In this document: in pieces, positions 22,728 through 35,315 of the stretch
Numbering within the stretch: the stretch's first letter is position 1
Layout: each line of letters opens with the position of its first letter
DNA from: Balamuthia mandrillaris
Taxonomy: Eukaryota
Direction of reading: 5' to 3'
Assembly: GCA_031835245.2 (NCBI GenBank)
Contig: JAVKOQ020000029.1
Span: 62,001 to 126,000 of the forward strand
Length of the DNA: 64,000 nt
Made by a program: the position numbers and the translations under genes
Notes under the pieces: model-generated
Database searches by the model: none
The model's input: only the letters and a program-made list of their open reading frames with translations
Told to the model about the DNA's origin: nothing

Positions 22728-25700
22728 TTAAACTTTGGTGTTGAGAAACATGGCGCATGGCGAATAGTCCAACCGAATGATGGGAGCAACTTGGCTGTTG
22801 ATGCCTCCCTGCAGTTCCAGTGCTTGTTGTTCTTTCACCACCTCTGTAAAGTACTATTGGAAACGAAATGGATTAATAATGGCAACAAGAAAGAATAAGA
22901 TTGAAAGAGAAGAGGAGAATGGGAAAGTACCTCTAAAATGACTAAATCATCCTTTCTAATGTTCATCTGTTTGCAAAAGTGCTGCTTGCTCAATAGTCTG
23001 GCTGCAGGAGAGACCGAAGAGCCGGCCATCAACCGACTCAAAGCATAGCCATCATCCGAGTGATGCCGTTTCCCATCTTCTGAAGCGGAGAGATGGGGCA
23101 TATCTCTCACTCCATCCGGTGCTCCGCTCATCAGGGAGGAAGAAGCTGAAGTGGAAGGAGCAAAACCTTCTGAAGAAGATCTTTCAGGATTTAAAGAAGA
23201 GGATAGCGAAGAAGTAGAAGTAGCAACAGCAGTGGTAGAGTTGGTGACGGATGTTCGTCGAAGACCAAGCATGCCAGAGAGCATCTCTTTGGAATAGCTG
23301 CCACGCCGATGCGAAGGAGCTCGATGTTGATGTTTTCTGCCGCCACCACCGAATCGTCGACCGTGTGATGCTGGTGGATTCAACGAGTAGCTTCTTCTTT
23401 GCTGTTGGTGTTGATTAAAAGCAGCAGCCGCTGCTGCCGTTAAGTTGGAAGTAGAGGGAATAGGTTCTCCTCCGTCTGCCGTTGATGCAGATTTGTTGGT
23501 GGATAGATCATCTTCTGAAGGAATAGGGAGAGAGGAGGAGGAAGAGGATGATGAACTTTTTGGGGGTGGCGTACGGTAAGTTGGTACGTGAGTGTGGCTA
23601 TGGCTTAGAGTGCGTCGATTATGTGGAGAAGGAGTTGAAGCACCTGAGGAGACAGAAGAAGGAGAAGAGAAAGGAAAAGATGTGGTAGAGGAAATAGAAG
23701 GAGGAGGAACAACAGTTCCGTCGGCGCCGCTCCCGATACAACAAAGGTGATAGTAGAGAGAGGCTTTTATTCCAACTTCCAGCAGTTTATAATGGATGTA
23801 GGCAAGATACGTTTCTTCGTCCTTTTATTTTGATGCATAGAGAGAACGAGCAATTGAGAGATCAATTTTTAAAACAGAAAGGTCGAAATACAACGTACCG
23901 GCCATTGACGACTGAGCCCTAATATCTTATCAATGAACTTGCCTCTGTAAGGTGGACAACGCAGCACCCCACTTTCCACATCCAAAATGGACACATATCG
24001 CTTGGATTGTTTTTGAAAAAAACCAAATCACATGTCAGATATAGAGAGAGAGAGAGAACAGAGACAAACAAAAACGGCAAGAAACGAACCTCAACCGATT
24101 TAGGTATGTTGCTGGTTTGCTTAAGTGCGGTGACGGGTTTGGCGAGTCCAATCACTTTCATTTGAGCCAGATCCGACATGCGCAAAGGTTGTTCCCTCCA
24201 ATGGACGATCGGTGATGCTTCTTGCTGCCAATGTCCCGGTACAAACAGAGCACAGGCCTGTACCAGTTCTCTAACGACCTTCTCTTTGGAGGGAGTAGCA
24301 GTGATAACAACAGGTCTTCCTTTGAGCAGAGAGAAGACGAGATGTTTCACAAAGCTGAAATGGGCAAGTTGCATTATGCCCTTTCCTGCGTGCATTTTGG
24401 AGGTGTCCCATAAAACGTTCGCAAAATTTTGCATTGTCGGTCTTCAATGTTTTGTTTTTAACAAAAGAACGAATCATAAGATGAGAACATAAAGAGGAGA
24501 GAGGGAGAGGGGGAGAGAAACCGTTTGGATGAGGAAGATTTAGTCGTTTGAGTGGCTGGCCCTTGTCCTTCTGTCAAGTCATAAAACCAAGTGAGAAAGA
24601 AAGAAACGACAAAAAGAACAAAATGATGACACAGAAGCGGAAAAGAAAAGAATTTCGAAAATAAAGAACGTGCCAGCATAAGGGGCCACTAGTACATGTG
24701 GCGGATCTTCAAGCCCTGTTTTTTTTTGAATTTTAGTTAGTACGTGTGGATGGAGGATGATAAAATTATTGCCATTACCTTCAATCAACTTCCCTTTCAG
24801 GGAACTAGGTTCGAGCATGTGATGGAGCCCACTATGTAACAAACAACCTTAGAACAAGATTGAGAGGGAGAAACATAGAAACAAAATAACACTAGCAAAA
24901 AAAAAAAATCACAATAAACACTCAAATGAGCGCAACCTGGAATGATTGGGGGGAGAAGATGACGCAGGAGATGTAAAAGGGGAAGTGCATGTTGATGTAT
25001 CGGTGCTTCCACTGCTGCTATAGGCGTTACTTTCCAGCATTCCTCTCTGCCATTGTTTTTACAAACTACTTTAAGTTTTCCTATATAAAATCTACAAATA
25101 AAGAAGCAAGTAAGGTACCACAGCAGAATGCGAAAACTGTTTCCAGGTCTGAGAGCTGGCCCGCTTCTTCGGAGAATCGTAGCTATAAGGCTTCAAATAT
25201 GTGTCCACACTAAAGTTGCACACGATTGTTCGCCCCATCGAAAACAAAGAAGAAACCGGTTCTGTAGAGAATTGAAGAAAAGTGAGAAACAATTCAAAAA
25301 CGAATAAAGAACTAGAAGCAAGAGAAAAGAGAGAGAGGAAGAGAGGAACTGGAAGCAAGAGAGAAGTGAGAGAGGAGAGAGAGGAGAGAGAGAGAGAGAG
25401 GAGAATAAAGAAAGACGAAATAATAGAAAGGGATAAAGTACTCGTGATGCCTAATTCTTCCGCTTCCAAAGCAAGCACGATGCTAGGACGAGAAAAGCGC
25501 TTTTGAAGCTTGATGAGCTTGTGGATAGCCTTGTGATAGCCATCTTCACAAAGCTCTGCCAAATCCCTCAGCTTTGTCTCATAGCGTTGACCTTTGTACA
25601 GGGTATGTACCAATTGCGGCTTTTTTTTTTGGGTGAAATAACAAGAACAAAGTTAATTTTTCGAATGATAAATGGCGAAAAAGAATGAGAATAACGAAGC

Positions 25701-27603
25701 AAAAGGCTAAGAAAATGACAGTAACGAACAGATTGCCAAAGAAAGGAGACAAAAAAAAAAAAAAGAGGCAGAGCCTCGTTACCTCATAGTCGCTCATGTC
25801 AAGGCCCAGCTTATCATAAAGCGCAGCCACCGCCGCAGACTCGCCCCCATCTTCACTCTTCTTATCCCTACCTTCTGCTTCCTCTTCCTCCTTTGGTTCT
25901 TCCTCCTCTTCCTCCTGTTGTTCAAACATTTCTTCTCCTGTCGAGGTTCTCTCTCCTGCCTTTCCTCCCAACCACCCAGCCATGGTCTCACTAGCCGAAA
26001 CATAGTCGCTGTCTTCGTCGCTTCTTTCTGTCGTAAAATGAAAAGTTTCCTCCATGTCTTCTGCTCCATTTTTGTTATTCTGTTGATGAGGAGTTTGCTC
26101 GCTGCTGACAGTATTGCTTCTGCGAGTACGCCCTTGAGCTGTAGACATTCTCAGTGGATCGTGATCGTCCATTGCGATTCCTTCTTCTGTTGGTTCTACT
26201 TCTTTGTGCCGGTGCTTTCTTCTTTGTTCGCTCATTACCGGAAGACTGCCTTTGCGCGATCTGGTGGTTCCACTCTCTTGTTGATGTGATTGCTTTCGAT
26301 GACGAGAATGATGGTGATCAGCAGTAGAGTCTTGGTTGAGTATTGTGTTTCGAAGGCGATTTCGGATTACTTCCATTTCTCTAAGCGTCTCGTTGACAAT
26401 GTTGGGCTATTATCCAAAATAAAAGAGTTTGCAAATGTATAACAAATCAAATGCCGAAACCGCAAACGCATAGAGAGAGAGAGAGAGAGAGAGAGAGCGA
26501 AAGCGAAAGCGAGAGCAAAAAGACAAACCGTGGGAGGTATGGTAGGCTCCATGGAGGTAAATGCATCCTGAATAGAGACAGGTCCAGTATTGCGTCGTGG
26601 ACGGGCACTAGAGAATGGGATCCCATCAACATTATTGCTTCCAGTCTCTTCTGAATCTTCTCCATCTTGTCTATCTCCCTGTTCTCCGGCCTTTCTTTGT
26701 TCTTCCTGCTTTTGAAGAGCATCTTTGGTGTGGTAAAGATCTGCCATCCGGTGCTCCAGGTCACGCAAGAACACCAACTGATTTCCTGCTTTGAATGCAC
26801 TCGATACCTGTTTGTTTAAGTGGTTCATGATTTGAATGCACATTTGTTAATGTCGCTTCGTTTCCCTTTCTTTATTCATGATGTTAATGATACGAACCTT
26901 GTTGAACTTTTCTAAGATCTGAGAAAAGTTTTCCATGATTTTGGTTGGATGGCGCGTGATGTAGCTCATGCAAATAGGGCGAACGTAACCGCGTGCGAAC
27001 ACATCCAACAGCGTGAAGTGATGGACCTATAATACCAACGGTGTAAGGTTTGAGAGACAGAAGTTAGAAAAAAGGGAGCAACATCGGCAAGAACAAGAAC
27101 AACAAAGCACAAAGCACAAAGCACAAAGCACAAAGCAAAAACAAAAACAAAATAGAGAAACCTACATAAGCAAAAGCGTCTTCAGAAATTTCAGAGATAA
27201 CAACTTGGGTGTCTTCCATGAAGGTGCCTGGGTCGCTGCTTTTGTTCTGGTAGTCCACCGCCATGATCCTTATGACAAACTTTTCGAGGTCAAAGTTGCC
27301 CTTGGCCTTGTCCGATGGCAGGCAGAGCAAAGGCACTGGCCCGACTATCTCTGAGAACTCTGAGATGCAAATAAAGTCATCGTAGAAAGAGGGGGAGCGC
27401 AATTGTGGAGCCTTGTTGCTGTGGCTGCTGCTTCTCTGCTGTGGTTGTGGCTGCTCCGTGTCCTTCTCCTTGTCTTTCTCCTTTGTGGCAGAGGGAGAGG
27501 TGGTGGAGGAGGAGGAGGCAGACGTGGAACTGGAGGCTGCGCCGGGGAGTTGCTCCTGTGACGGGTAGTCCTTACTCCCAGGGCGTTGCTTGCGAGTGCT
27601 CAT
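22728..27603 (-). CDS. SMCR8: SMCR8-like uDENN/DENN protein (C9orf72 partner)
   Basis: DFICISEFSEIVGPVPL, FVIRIMAVDYQ and FAYV|HHFTLLDVFARGYVRPICMSYIT (Arg finger retained); LVFSLLKGRPVVI. Confidence 0.82.
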
Positions 27604-27694
27604 GGGAACTCACAAACTTGATAGGGTTTTTTTTCTGGTGTACTAAAATGTCAGTTGAACGAGCAAGCGAGTGCAGTGGTCAAAGAACAAAAAG

Positions 27695-27740
<46 letters not shown>

Positions 27741-28095
27741 ATATCCGCTACCTTTTTTCTTCTGTTGACTTTCTTTTCTTTTTAGATTAAATTTTCTGTC
27801 GACAAATCATTCGAGGGGTCGTTCCTTCCTTTGAAATTTCATCAAGATGTCTGATCTTATTGCTGATACGTGATCGACCAATGGGATTGATTCTCCATGA
27901 ACGAAACGAAAAAAAATTGGACACTCAGAAAAATAGGGAGTAGCCGAGAAACCGAGGAGAAGTAGAGGAGGACAGCAGAGAAAACTATTTTCTTGATCCT
28001 CTTCCGACCACCTTCCCCTCTCCTCCCCCCCAAAGCTTGCCTTGCCTTCTTCCTTCCTTCCTTATCTTCTCAAAAAAAAAAGAAATAACAAAACC

Positions 28096-30809
28096 ATGCG
28101 GAAGAAAGGAGGAAAGGAAGTTTTGAAAGAGTGGATGACGACAGGCGATCACCCCAACAAGAGCGGCCGCAAGGAGGAGCAGGAGGAGGAGCGGTCGGGA
28201 GATGAGTCTGACCCTGGCGACGCGGTGGAGGATGGCAGCCACCGTCCTCGTCGTCACTCGGAGCCAGCTTCAAAGACCAGGGAGCAGAGGATGGCCGTCC
28301 GTTTTCAGGGCTTCAAGAAAAAGTTTGAAGCGTTGATGCCCTACCGAGGGGGAGCGTCTCGCGTTCCTGAGAAGGACAGCCGGTACTTCCTTGCTTTTTC
28401 TTTCTCTCTGTTTTTATTTCGTGTCTCATTTGTTCCATCTTTCGTCTTCTGTCTTCTGTCTTCCTCCTCGTTGATAATTATTCCTCATGATAAAACTTCA
28501 GGTTGAGCGGCGGTTGGTTGTTGCTTAACGATGACAACAAACAACGAAAGAGTAATGCTGCCACTGATGCAGGTGATGTCGGACGTAAGAGAAGTTGGAG
28601 TTGGGGAGGAGGAGAGAACAACTCGAAGACATCAGTATCCAAAGCGTTGGCGAGGGAGGTTAGCATTAGCATGCGCCCCCATTCTGACGGTGAGGAAGAT
28701 GACGAGGAGCGAGGCGGTGATGACTCGGATGATGAAGAGGCGGAAGCTATTCTCCTAAACTTCCTTCGAACGTTGAAGGAGCCTTGTGTAAATATCGGTA
28801 CGTTTGTTGCTTCGTGTTGTGTCCTGCTTCTGCTTCTGCTTCTGCTTCTGCCTGCTTCTTCTGCTTCTGCTTCTGCTTCTGCTTCTGCTTCTGCTTCTGC
28901 TTCTGCTTCTGCTTCTGCTTCATGTTCTTGTTCTTCTTCTTCTCCTCCTTACTCTTTGGGCAAGCCTTAACGTAGGTTTGTTTGTTGTTGTTGTGTTCAG
29001 ATTCACTGCGAGCCAAGGTGATGCAGCATGGTGTTCCTTCCCGAATAAGAGCTTCTGTTTGGTTGCTGTTGTTAGGGTTAGCTCTGCCTTCTAGACTTTT
29101 TTATCTTTCTATCACATTTTGCTGCTTTTCCTTTGTTCTTATTCTCCTATTTTACGAAATAAGATATTGGCCAAAGGACGAAAGTGAGAGAGCATCTCAC
29201 CTTTTGAGCAAACGAGAAGAATATCTGTCCTTTGCAGAACAGTACCTCAGTACAGACCTATCTGAAAGAAGTGAGGAAGACGTAACTCTATTGAAACAGG
29301 TTCAAGTGGACATTCCAAGGTTCATTTTCTTGTTGTTGTTTTTGCATCTTTTGGTTGTTGATTTTTGGTTGGTGTCCCTTCATGATCAGAACGAGTGCTC
29401 GCGGGTTGGATGGATTGATGAAAAACGAAAGCATGCAGGCCTTGTTGGAACGCGTACTGTACATATATGCCTTACGCAACCCCGATGTAAATTACTTTCA
29501 AGGTTTGCACTTCTCCTCGTTCTCTTATACTCTCATTCTCTAACCGACTCCTTTGTAATTTTAAGGGCTAAACGAGGTCTGTCTTCCTTTTTTGGTGGTT
29601 CTGGTGGAGCTCTACCATGGGGAACCTGTGGAAGAGGGCAACATCGAAGAGGCTTTGCTCAAAATAGAAAGCTCGCCGGGGGCTTTGCAGTCCTTGGAGG
29701 CCGACACCTTTTGGTGTTTATCTTACTTTTTCGCTGCAGTTAAGGTACCTTTTCTCTCCCTTTCTCACTTTGCTCGTTCCTCCCTTCTCTTTTCTGTCTT
29801 TTTGAGAACAAATTTTGAATGCATGTGTGTTTATGTTCAACAGCAAGACTTTTCGATAACGCCACAAGGATTGGGCGGCCTTCTTGAAAAGTTGGAACAA
29901 ATGGTGAAGATTTCAGATGGTAAATATCTGCTATCTTTATCTCATGTTTTTCCATTTTCTTTCATTTGATGCAAAAAACTAACGTAGACAACACCTAAAG
30001 AACGGTTATATGCTCACCTCACAAAGATAGATGTAGAATTTGTGCACTTTGCGTTGCGGTGGATCATTTGTCTATTAACAAGAGGTATTCTTCTCTCTTC
30101 TTTCCTTTCTTTTCTATCTTCCCCCTTTCAGTAACCATTTGACGGTTATCGAAATAGAAATGGATGTATATAAAGCGATTGAGTTGTGGGATTGGTATTT
30201 GTGCATAGTTGGATTCGGCAACGACTACAACAGCAATAGCAACAGCCTCATGTCCTTTCATCTGTGTGTGTGTGCCGCCTTCTTGTCCTCCTTTTCGGAG
30301 GATATCCTCCGTGCCGACATGGGCTTCCATGAAGCCATTCTCTTTCTTCAAAACTTGGTATTTCTATTCTTCCCTTTTCCTTCTTCTCTGCTTCTCCATC
30401 TCTTCTCTCGTTGTCTAGCTCTTGTTCTCCTTATCATTCCGTTTCCTTTCAGTTCTTTTAATTCATTGTCAGCATTTAACACGTTTTGTTTGGTTTACTA
30501 TATGTTTTCTAGAGCAAGAAAACTCATTATTGGCGGAAGCACGATGTGAAACGGCTGCTCAAACGAGCGAAAGCGCTTTGCCTTCAAGATCAGGCGTTGC
30601 AGCTGATTTGCAACCTGTTGTGTGCGGTGGTGCTGGTGGCGATGGCTTTGGCGCTGCTGCTGATGGTTTTGAGTTTGGTGGTGTGCCTGTGCCAAGGCAT
30701 TGCGCGGTTAGACCCGCAGCAGCTCGCCGAAGCGCTGTCTTCTCTGTCCTTCTCTTCTGCTGCAGCGGAAGAGGACAGGAGAGAGGACAAGAGACAGGAG
30801 AAGAGATAA
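28096..30809 (+). CDS. TBC-domain Rab GTPase-activating protein with C-terminal hydrophobic helix
   Basis: GVPSRIRASVWLLLL, QVQVDIPR (R finger), NYFQG (Q finger), EADTFWC, LWDWYL; tail LLCAVVLVAMALALLLMVLSLVVCL. Confidence 0.88.
28823..28920. repeat. (CTGCTT)n hexamer microsatellite in a TBC intron
   Basis: Visible tandem ctgctt run. Confidence 0.9.
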
Positions 30810-31132
30810 ACTTGAGTCGACAAATTCTCTTTTTTTGTGTCACCCAGATAAGAGAGAGGACAAGAGAGAGACAGAAGGACAACCCAATTTTTTTTCTTTT
30901 ACTTTTCGTTCCTTTGGTCTGCGCACACCAAGCAAGGGGCACACAATAGAGCCAAGAGGGTACGTTTGAAGCTCGTCCTTTCTCTTCCCTTCGGTGCCTT
31001 CTCTCTCTCTCTTTCTTCTTCCCTTGAAAATCGCCAGCTGTTTGTTTCTCTTTCGTTCAAAGACTAAAATCATCCTTCCTTCCGCTCTGCTTATTTTTGA
31101 TTTTTTATTTATAATTAGGAAAAGGGGTGACC

Positions 31133-32028
31133 ATGTCTTCTCACACTGGCTCGAGGAAGACGTTATTTGTGGCTGGCATCTCCCCCTTCATCAGGGCCAG
31201 GGAGCTCGCCTACGAGTTTGAGCGCTACGGCCCCCTCGTACGTTGCGACATCCCAGCGCCAGGAGGGAGGCCCAGAGGTTACGCCTTTATAGAGTTTGTG
31301 GACGAGAGGGACGCTAAGGATGCCTACGACGGCCTCAAGTACAAGAAGATCGACGGCAGGGAGGTCAGCATCCAGTTTGCCAAGAGGGACCCCGCCCCTG
31401 GGTGGGCAGAGTCCAGGCGGCCGCGCCCAAGATCGCGCTCTCGCTCCCCGCCTAAACGCAAGAGAGAAAGGTATGGAGAGGTTTTGAGTTTGGTTGTTTT
31501 TGATGTTTCATGTTTTGTTGTGTTAATGAGTAGAGTGTTGATGTTTGTGTTATGTTTGCTGATGCGTGTATCATTAAAAAAACAAAACAAAGCTCGCCCG
31601 AGCCAAGAACGACTCGCAGAAGATCGCGCAGCCCAGCAAGAAGCCGAGACGAGAGGGACAGAGAAAGAGACAGGGAAAGGGAAAGCGACAGAAACAGGGA
31701 TCGTGATCGTGAACGTGACCGCGAACATGAGCGCGAAAGAGAAAGAGAAAGAGAGCCAGAGAGAGACAGAGATAGGGAAAGGGAAAAGGAACGAGAAAGA
31801 GACAGAGATAGGGAAAGGGACAGAGATAGAGAAAGAGAAAAGGATAGGGATAGAGCAAGAGACAGGAGTAGGGAGCGTGAACGCGAACCAAGAGACAGAG
31901 CTCGAGGCAGCAGCAGAGAAAGGAGAGATGAGGCTCCAGCCAAGCCTCCTTCCCCTCCGGTCACTAGGAGAGGTGATCACCGCTCTCCTCCTAGCCCTGA
32001 CAGGGAACGTTCTGCCTCACCTTTGTAA
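31133..32028 (+). CDS. SR splicing factor (RRM + RS/RD/RE domain), similar to S. pombe Srp1
   Basis: TLFVAG..RARELAYEFERYGPLVRCDIP..RGYAFIEF; RSRSRSP and RD/RE dipeptide tail; intron at about 31471-31592. Confidence 0.9.
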
Positions 32029-32756
32029 GTTGCCTTGCTGGAATTCTTCCACAGCGGCCTACTGATGCATTATACTAAGGTGATTCCCGTACTCCTTTCC
32101 TTCTTTTCTTATACTTTTATAAGATTTTATTTCCTCCTCTTTCTATGTTCGGTGCTATTCTCCCTTCCTTCTGTCTCACGCCTCACTTCACCTAAGACTT
32201 TTCTTCCCTTCACTTTTCTCATTCTCTCTCTTGTTTTGATTTGTCTCTAAACTTATCATCTTTCTTTTAAATAGGTGCACGAGCTTTTCTTCTTTTCTTA
32301 CGCTTATGTTTTTTGTCTCTTTTAGCATTTAGTATCATTATTTTTCAGCTTTGCATTTGGCTTCCGCCGCACCCCCATGGCAACACTATGATGAGGACGA
32401 CGTGTGCGCTTGCTGGCATTTCCTTCTCTTTGTTGTGTTGCTCCTCTGCACGAGCTCATGCACTTCTGTGACGACAATTCGTATTTCCAACGACTTTATG
32501 AAGAATAAAACGGAAGCTGAAACTCAAAACTACCAACGACTCGAAACACGAACACGAAACCTTCGAACGAAAGCGATAACGATAATGGTCGACTAACAGT
32601 AACATAACGGCGTCACTCGGTCTTCCTCCTTGGCTACGGTTCCTCTCCCACGTTGTTTGTTTGCTTTTTGCGGTTTGGTACTGGAACTCTGCGAAGTGCG
32701 AAATCTTTCTATCTTCACGTGACCGATAATGGTAAGTGTGTTCTGTTACAAGCATC

Positions 32757-32880
32757 TGTCTCTCTGTCTCTGATCCTCTCTCTCTCTCTCTCTCGCTCTC
32801 CTCTCGCTCTCTCTCTCTCTCTCGCTCTCCTCTCGCTCTCCGCTCTCTCGCTCTCCTCTCGCTCTCCGCTCTCTCGCTCT
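32757..32880. repeat. Degenerate (CT)n/(CTCG) simple repeat
   Basis: Visible low-complexity run upstream of the kinase gene. Confidence 0.8.
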
Positions 32881-33100
32881 TCCCGCCGAAAAATTTATTC
32901 CTCTTTTTGGTGATAGATCAACGATCTTCATATTTAACCAATAAAAAATCAAACCGCTGCGAAACTTTCGCAAATTAATTGCGCCCATCGAAAATATATT
33001 TTGTGTCACCTTAAAAAAACGGAAAGTAAAGGAGAGAAAGCAAGTAGCACGGCTGGTTAGTGGCAGCCGCTTGATTTGACCAAAACAAAGGGTAGTCCGA

Positions 33101-34005
33101 ATGGAAGGCGACAGCGGTGCTTTGAGGGCCGGCGAAGGGGATGGAGACACCATGTTCCACTTTTGTGACCTGGGCGGCGGGGCCTCTCGCAAGAACTCCG
33201 TCTGTGAGGAAGCTGGCGGCTCGTGTTCCGCTGCCGCCGTGGATGACTCCGGCGCCAACTACGTGTTCAACAATGGCGGTGCTGATGAGAGCCCCTTGGA
33301 CCTCAACACGAGCAAGGTGGGCATTGATGACTTTGAGATATTGAAACTGATTGGCCAAGGAGGCTACGGCAAGGTACTCTCTCCTCTGCAAACTATTTTT
33401 TTTTTTGTTTAACTCATTTTTTTTTGGTTTGGGGGTTTTCTGTTTGAAACAAACAAAAGGTCTATCAAGTTCGCAAGAAGGACACTGATGAGATCTTTGC
33501 TATGAAAGTAATGGACAAGAGCTTTCTGCTCGAGTCCGGTTCCGTGGAAGGAACGCGCATCGAAAGAGACATTCTTCGCACCGTCCGCCACCCCTTCGTC
33601 GTCTCTCTCTACTATGCCTTTCAGAACAAGAAAAAGGTGTACCTTGTCATGGACTACATGAACGGTGGTCAGCTCTTCTATCATCTCAGGGAGGAGGCCA
33701 TGTTCTCTGAGAACCTCGTCCAGTTCTATGCAGCAGAGATTGTGCTGGCCTTGCAGCACCTTCATCAGGACTTGGATGTTATTCATCGCGACCTCAAGGT
33801 ATCTCTCTTACTTTGTGTTTCGTTATAACTCTTTCTCCTCTTTTGTCTTTTTTTTGTTTTATTCATATTTTTGTATTAAATAGTAACTCTCTATCATAAC
33901 TGCTATTTTTTTTGAATATAGCCTGAAAACATTTTGCTAGGTTCTGATGGTATGTTTGTTTCCTATGTAATATTGTGCTCGTTTGTCTTTCAAATATGCT
34001 AATCC

Positions 34006-34044
<39 letters not shown>

Positions 34045-35003
34045 GGTCTCTCTAGGGCACATTTCGTTGACTGACTTTGGGCTAGCCAAAGACAACATGT
34101 CTGAACGAAGCAAGACTTCTACTTTCTGTGGAACAGTCGAATACATGGGTACGTCTGGTTTTGTTTTGGCGTATTGGCGTGAACGGTTCCTCTGACATTT
34201 CATTAGCTCCCGAAATGGTGAGTGGAGAAGGATACCATCAATCTGCCGATTGGTGGAGTCTTGGCGTGCTTATGTATGACATGCTTACTGGCAGCGTACG
34301 TATTTTACTCGCTTCCTTCAATCTCTCTCTCCCTCTCTCTCTCTCTCTCATCTCCTGATGAATTCTAATGCATAAAATGCTATTTTAGCCTCCATGGACT
34401 TCAAAGAACCAGGGGGTATTGCAAAAGAAAATAAGAGAAGCAAAGTTACGCATGCCTCCGTACATTTCTCCTGAGGCAAATTCAATTATCCGAGGAGTAA
34501 CGTTCACCTTCTTTTGTTACTTCCTTTTGCAGCAACAACTTACTTTTCTCTCACTCTCAGTTCCTTACGAAAGATGTCAAGAAACGACTGGGCAGCGGAC
34601 CGAAAGGCATCCAAGAAATCAAGAACCATCGCTTCTTCAAAGGCATTAATTGGCGAAAGTTGTTGAACAAAGAACTGGACCCTCCTTTCAAACCTCGAAT
34701 TGTACCTGTTTCTTTCGTTCTTCTCTTTCCAGTCGTATCTTCTCATCAATTCATTTCCAACAACAGGAAAAAGGACAATTAGATTGCGCTCACTTTGACA
34801 AAAGGTTCACTGAGCAAACTGCATTCGATACCCCCGTCAATTCCTTAGATGGTCTCTCCACTAGCCAAGACCAACTCTTCTTTGGGTTCAGCTACGTGCG
34901 AAGCTCTAGCCCAAAGAGCTTTGGGAGCGTGGAGGACGTAACAGAAGCACACTCGTTGCAAGCGTTTTCGCCTCCTTCCACTGCTCCTTCTGAGCGATTA
35001 TGA
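33101..35003 (+). CDS. AGC kinase, p70 S6 kinase-like
   Basis: [59 protein letters not shown]; hydrophobic motif FFGFSYV. Confidence 0.9.
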
Positions 35004-35315
35004 CTAGTGGCGAAGAATGCCAAAGAACGACAACAACAGCGACAAAGGAGGAAGAGAGAGAAACCGGTACTTTTTTGTATTTACTCCCTGTTATTACTAC
35101 GATTGTCATGCGTTGGTACCAACAAAGCAGCATTACATTTCTTACTGCTGCTTTTACTACTGATAATTCGTCTTTTATATAGAGCGATGAGAAGTGAGAA
35201 ATGCAGAAGAGCAATGATAAAGTGAGAACGACAGAACGAGAAAGATGGTGAGAGAAAGAGAGAGGAGAGGGGAGAGGAAAGCAGAGTCAGGAACAAAGGT
35301 ATGTATAAAGAATTG

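Noticed and set aside
32380..32520. ATGATGA (32388) ... CTGA (32517) as a C/D snoRNA
   Set aside because: No terminal stem adjacent to the boxes and no recognisable rRNA guide.
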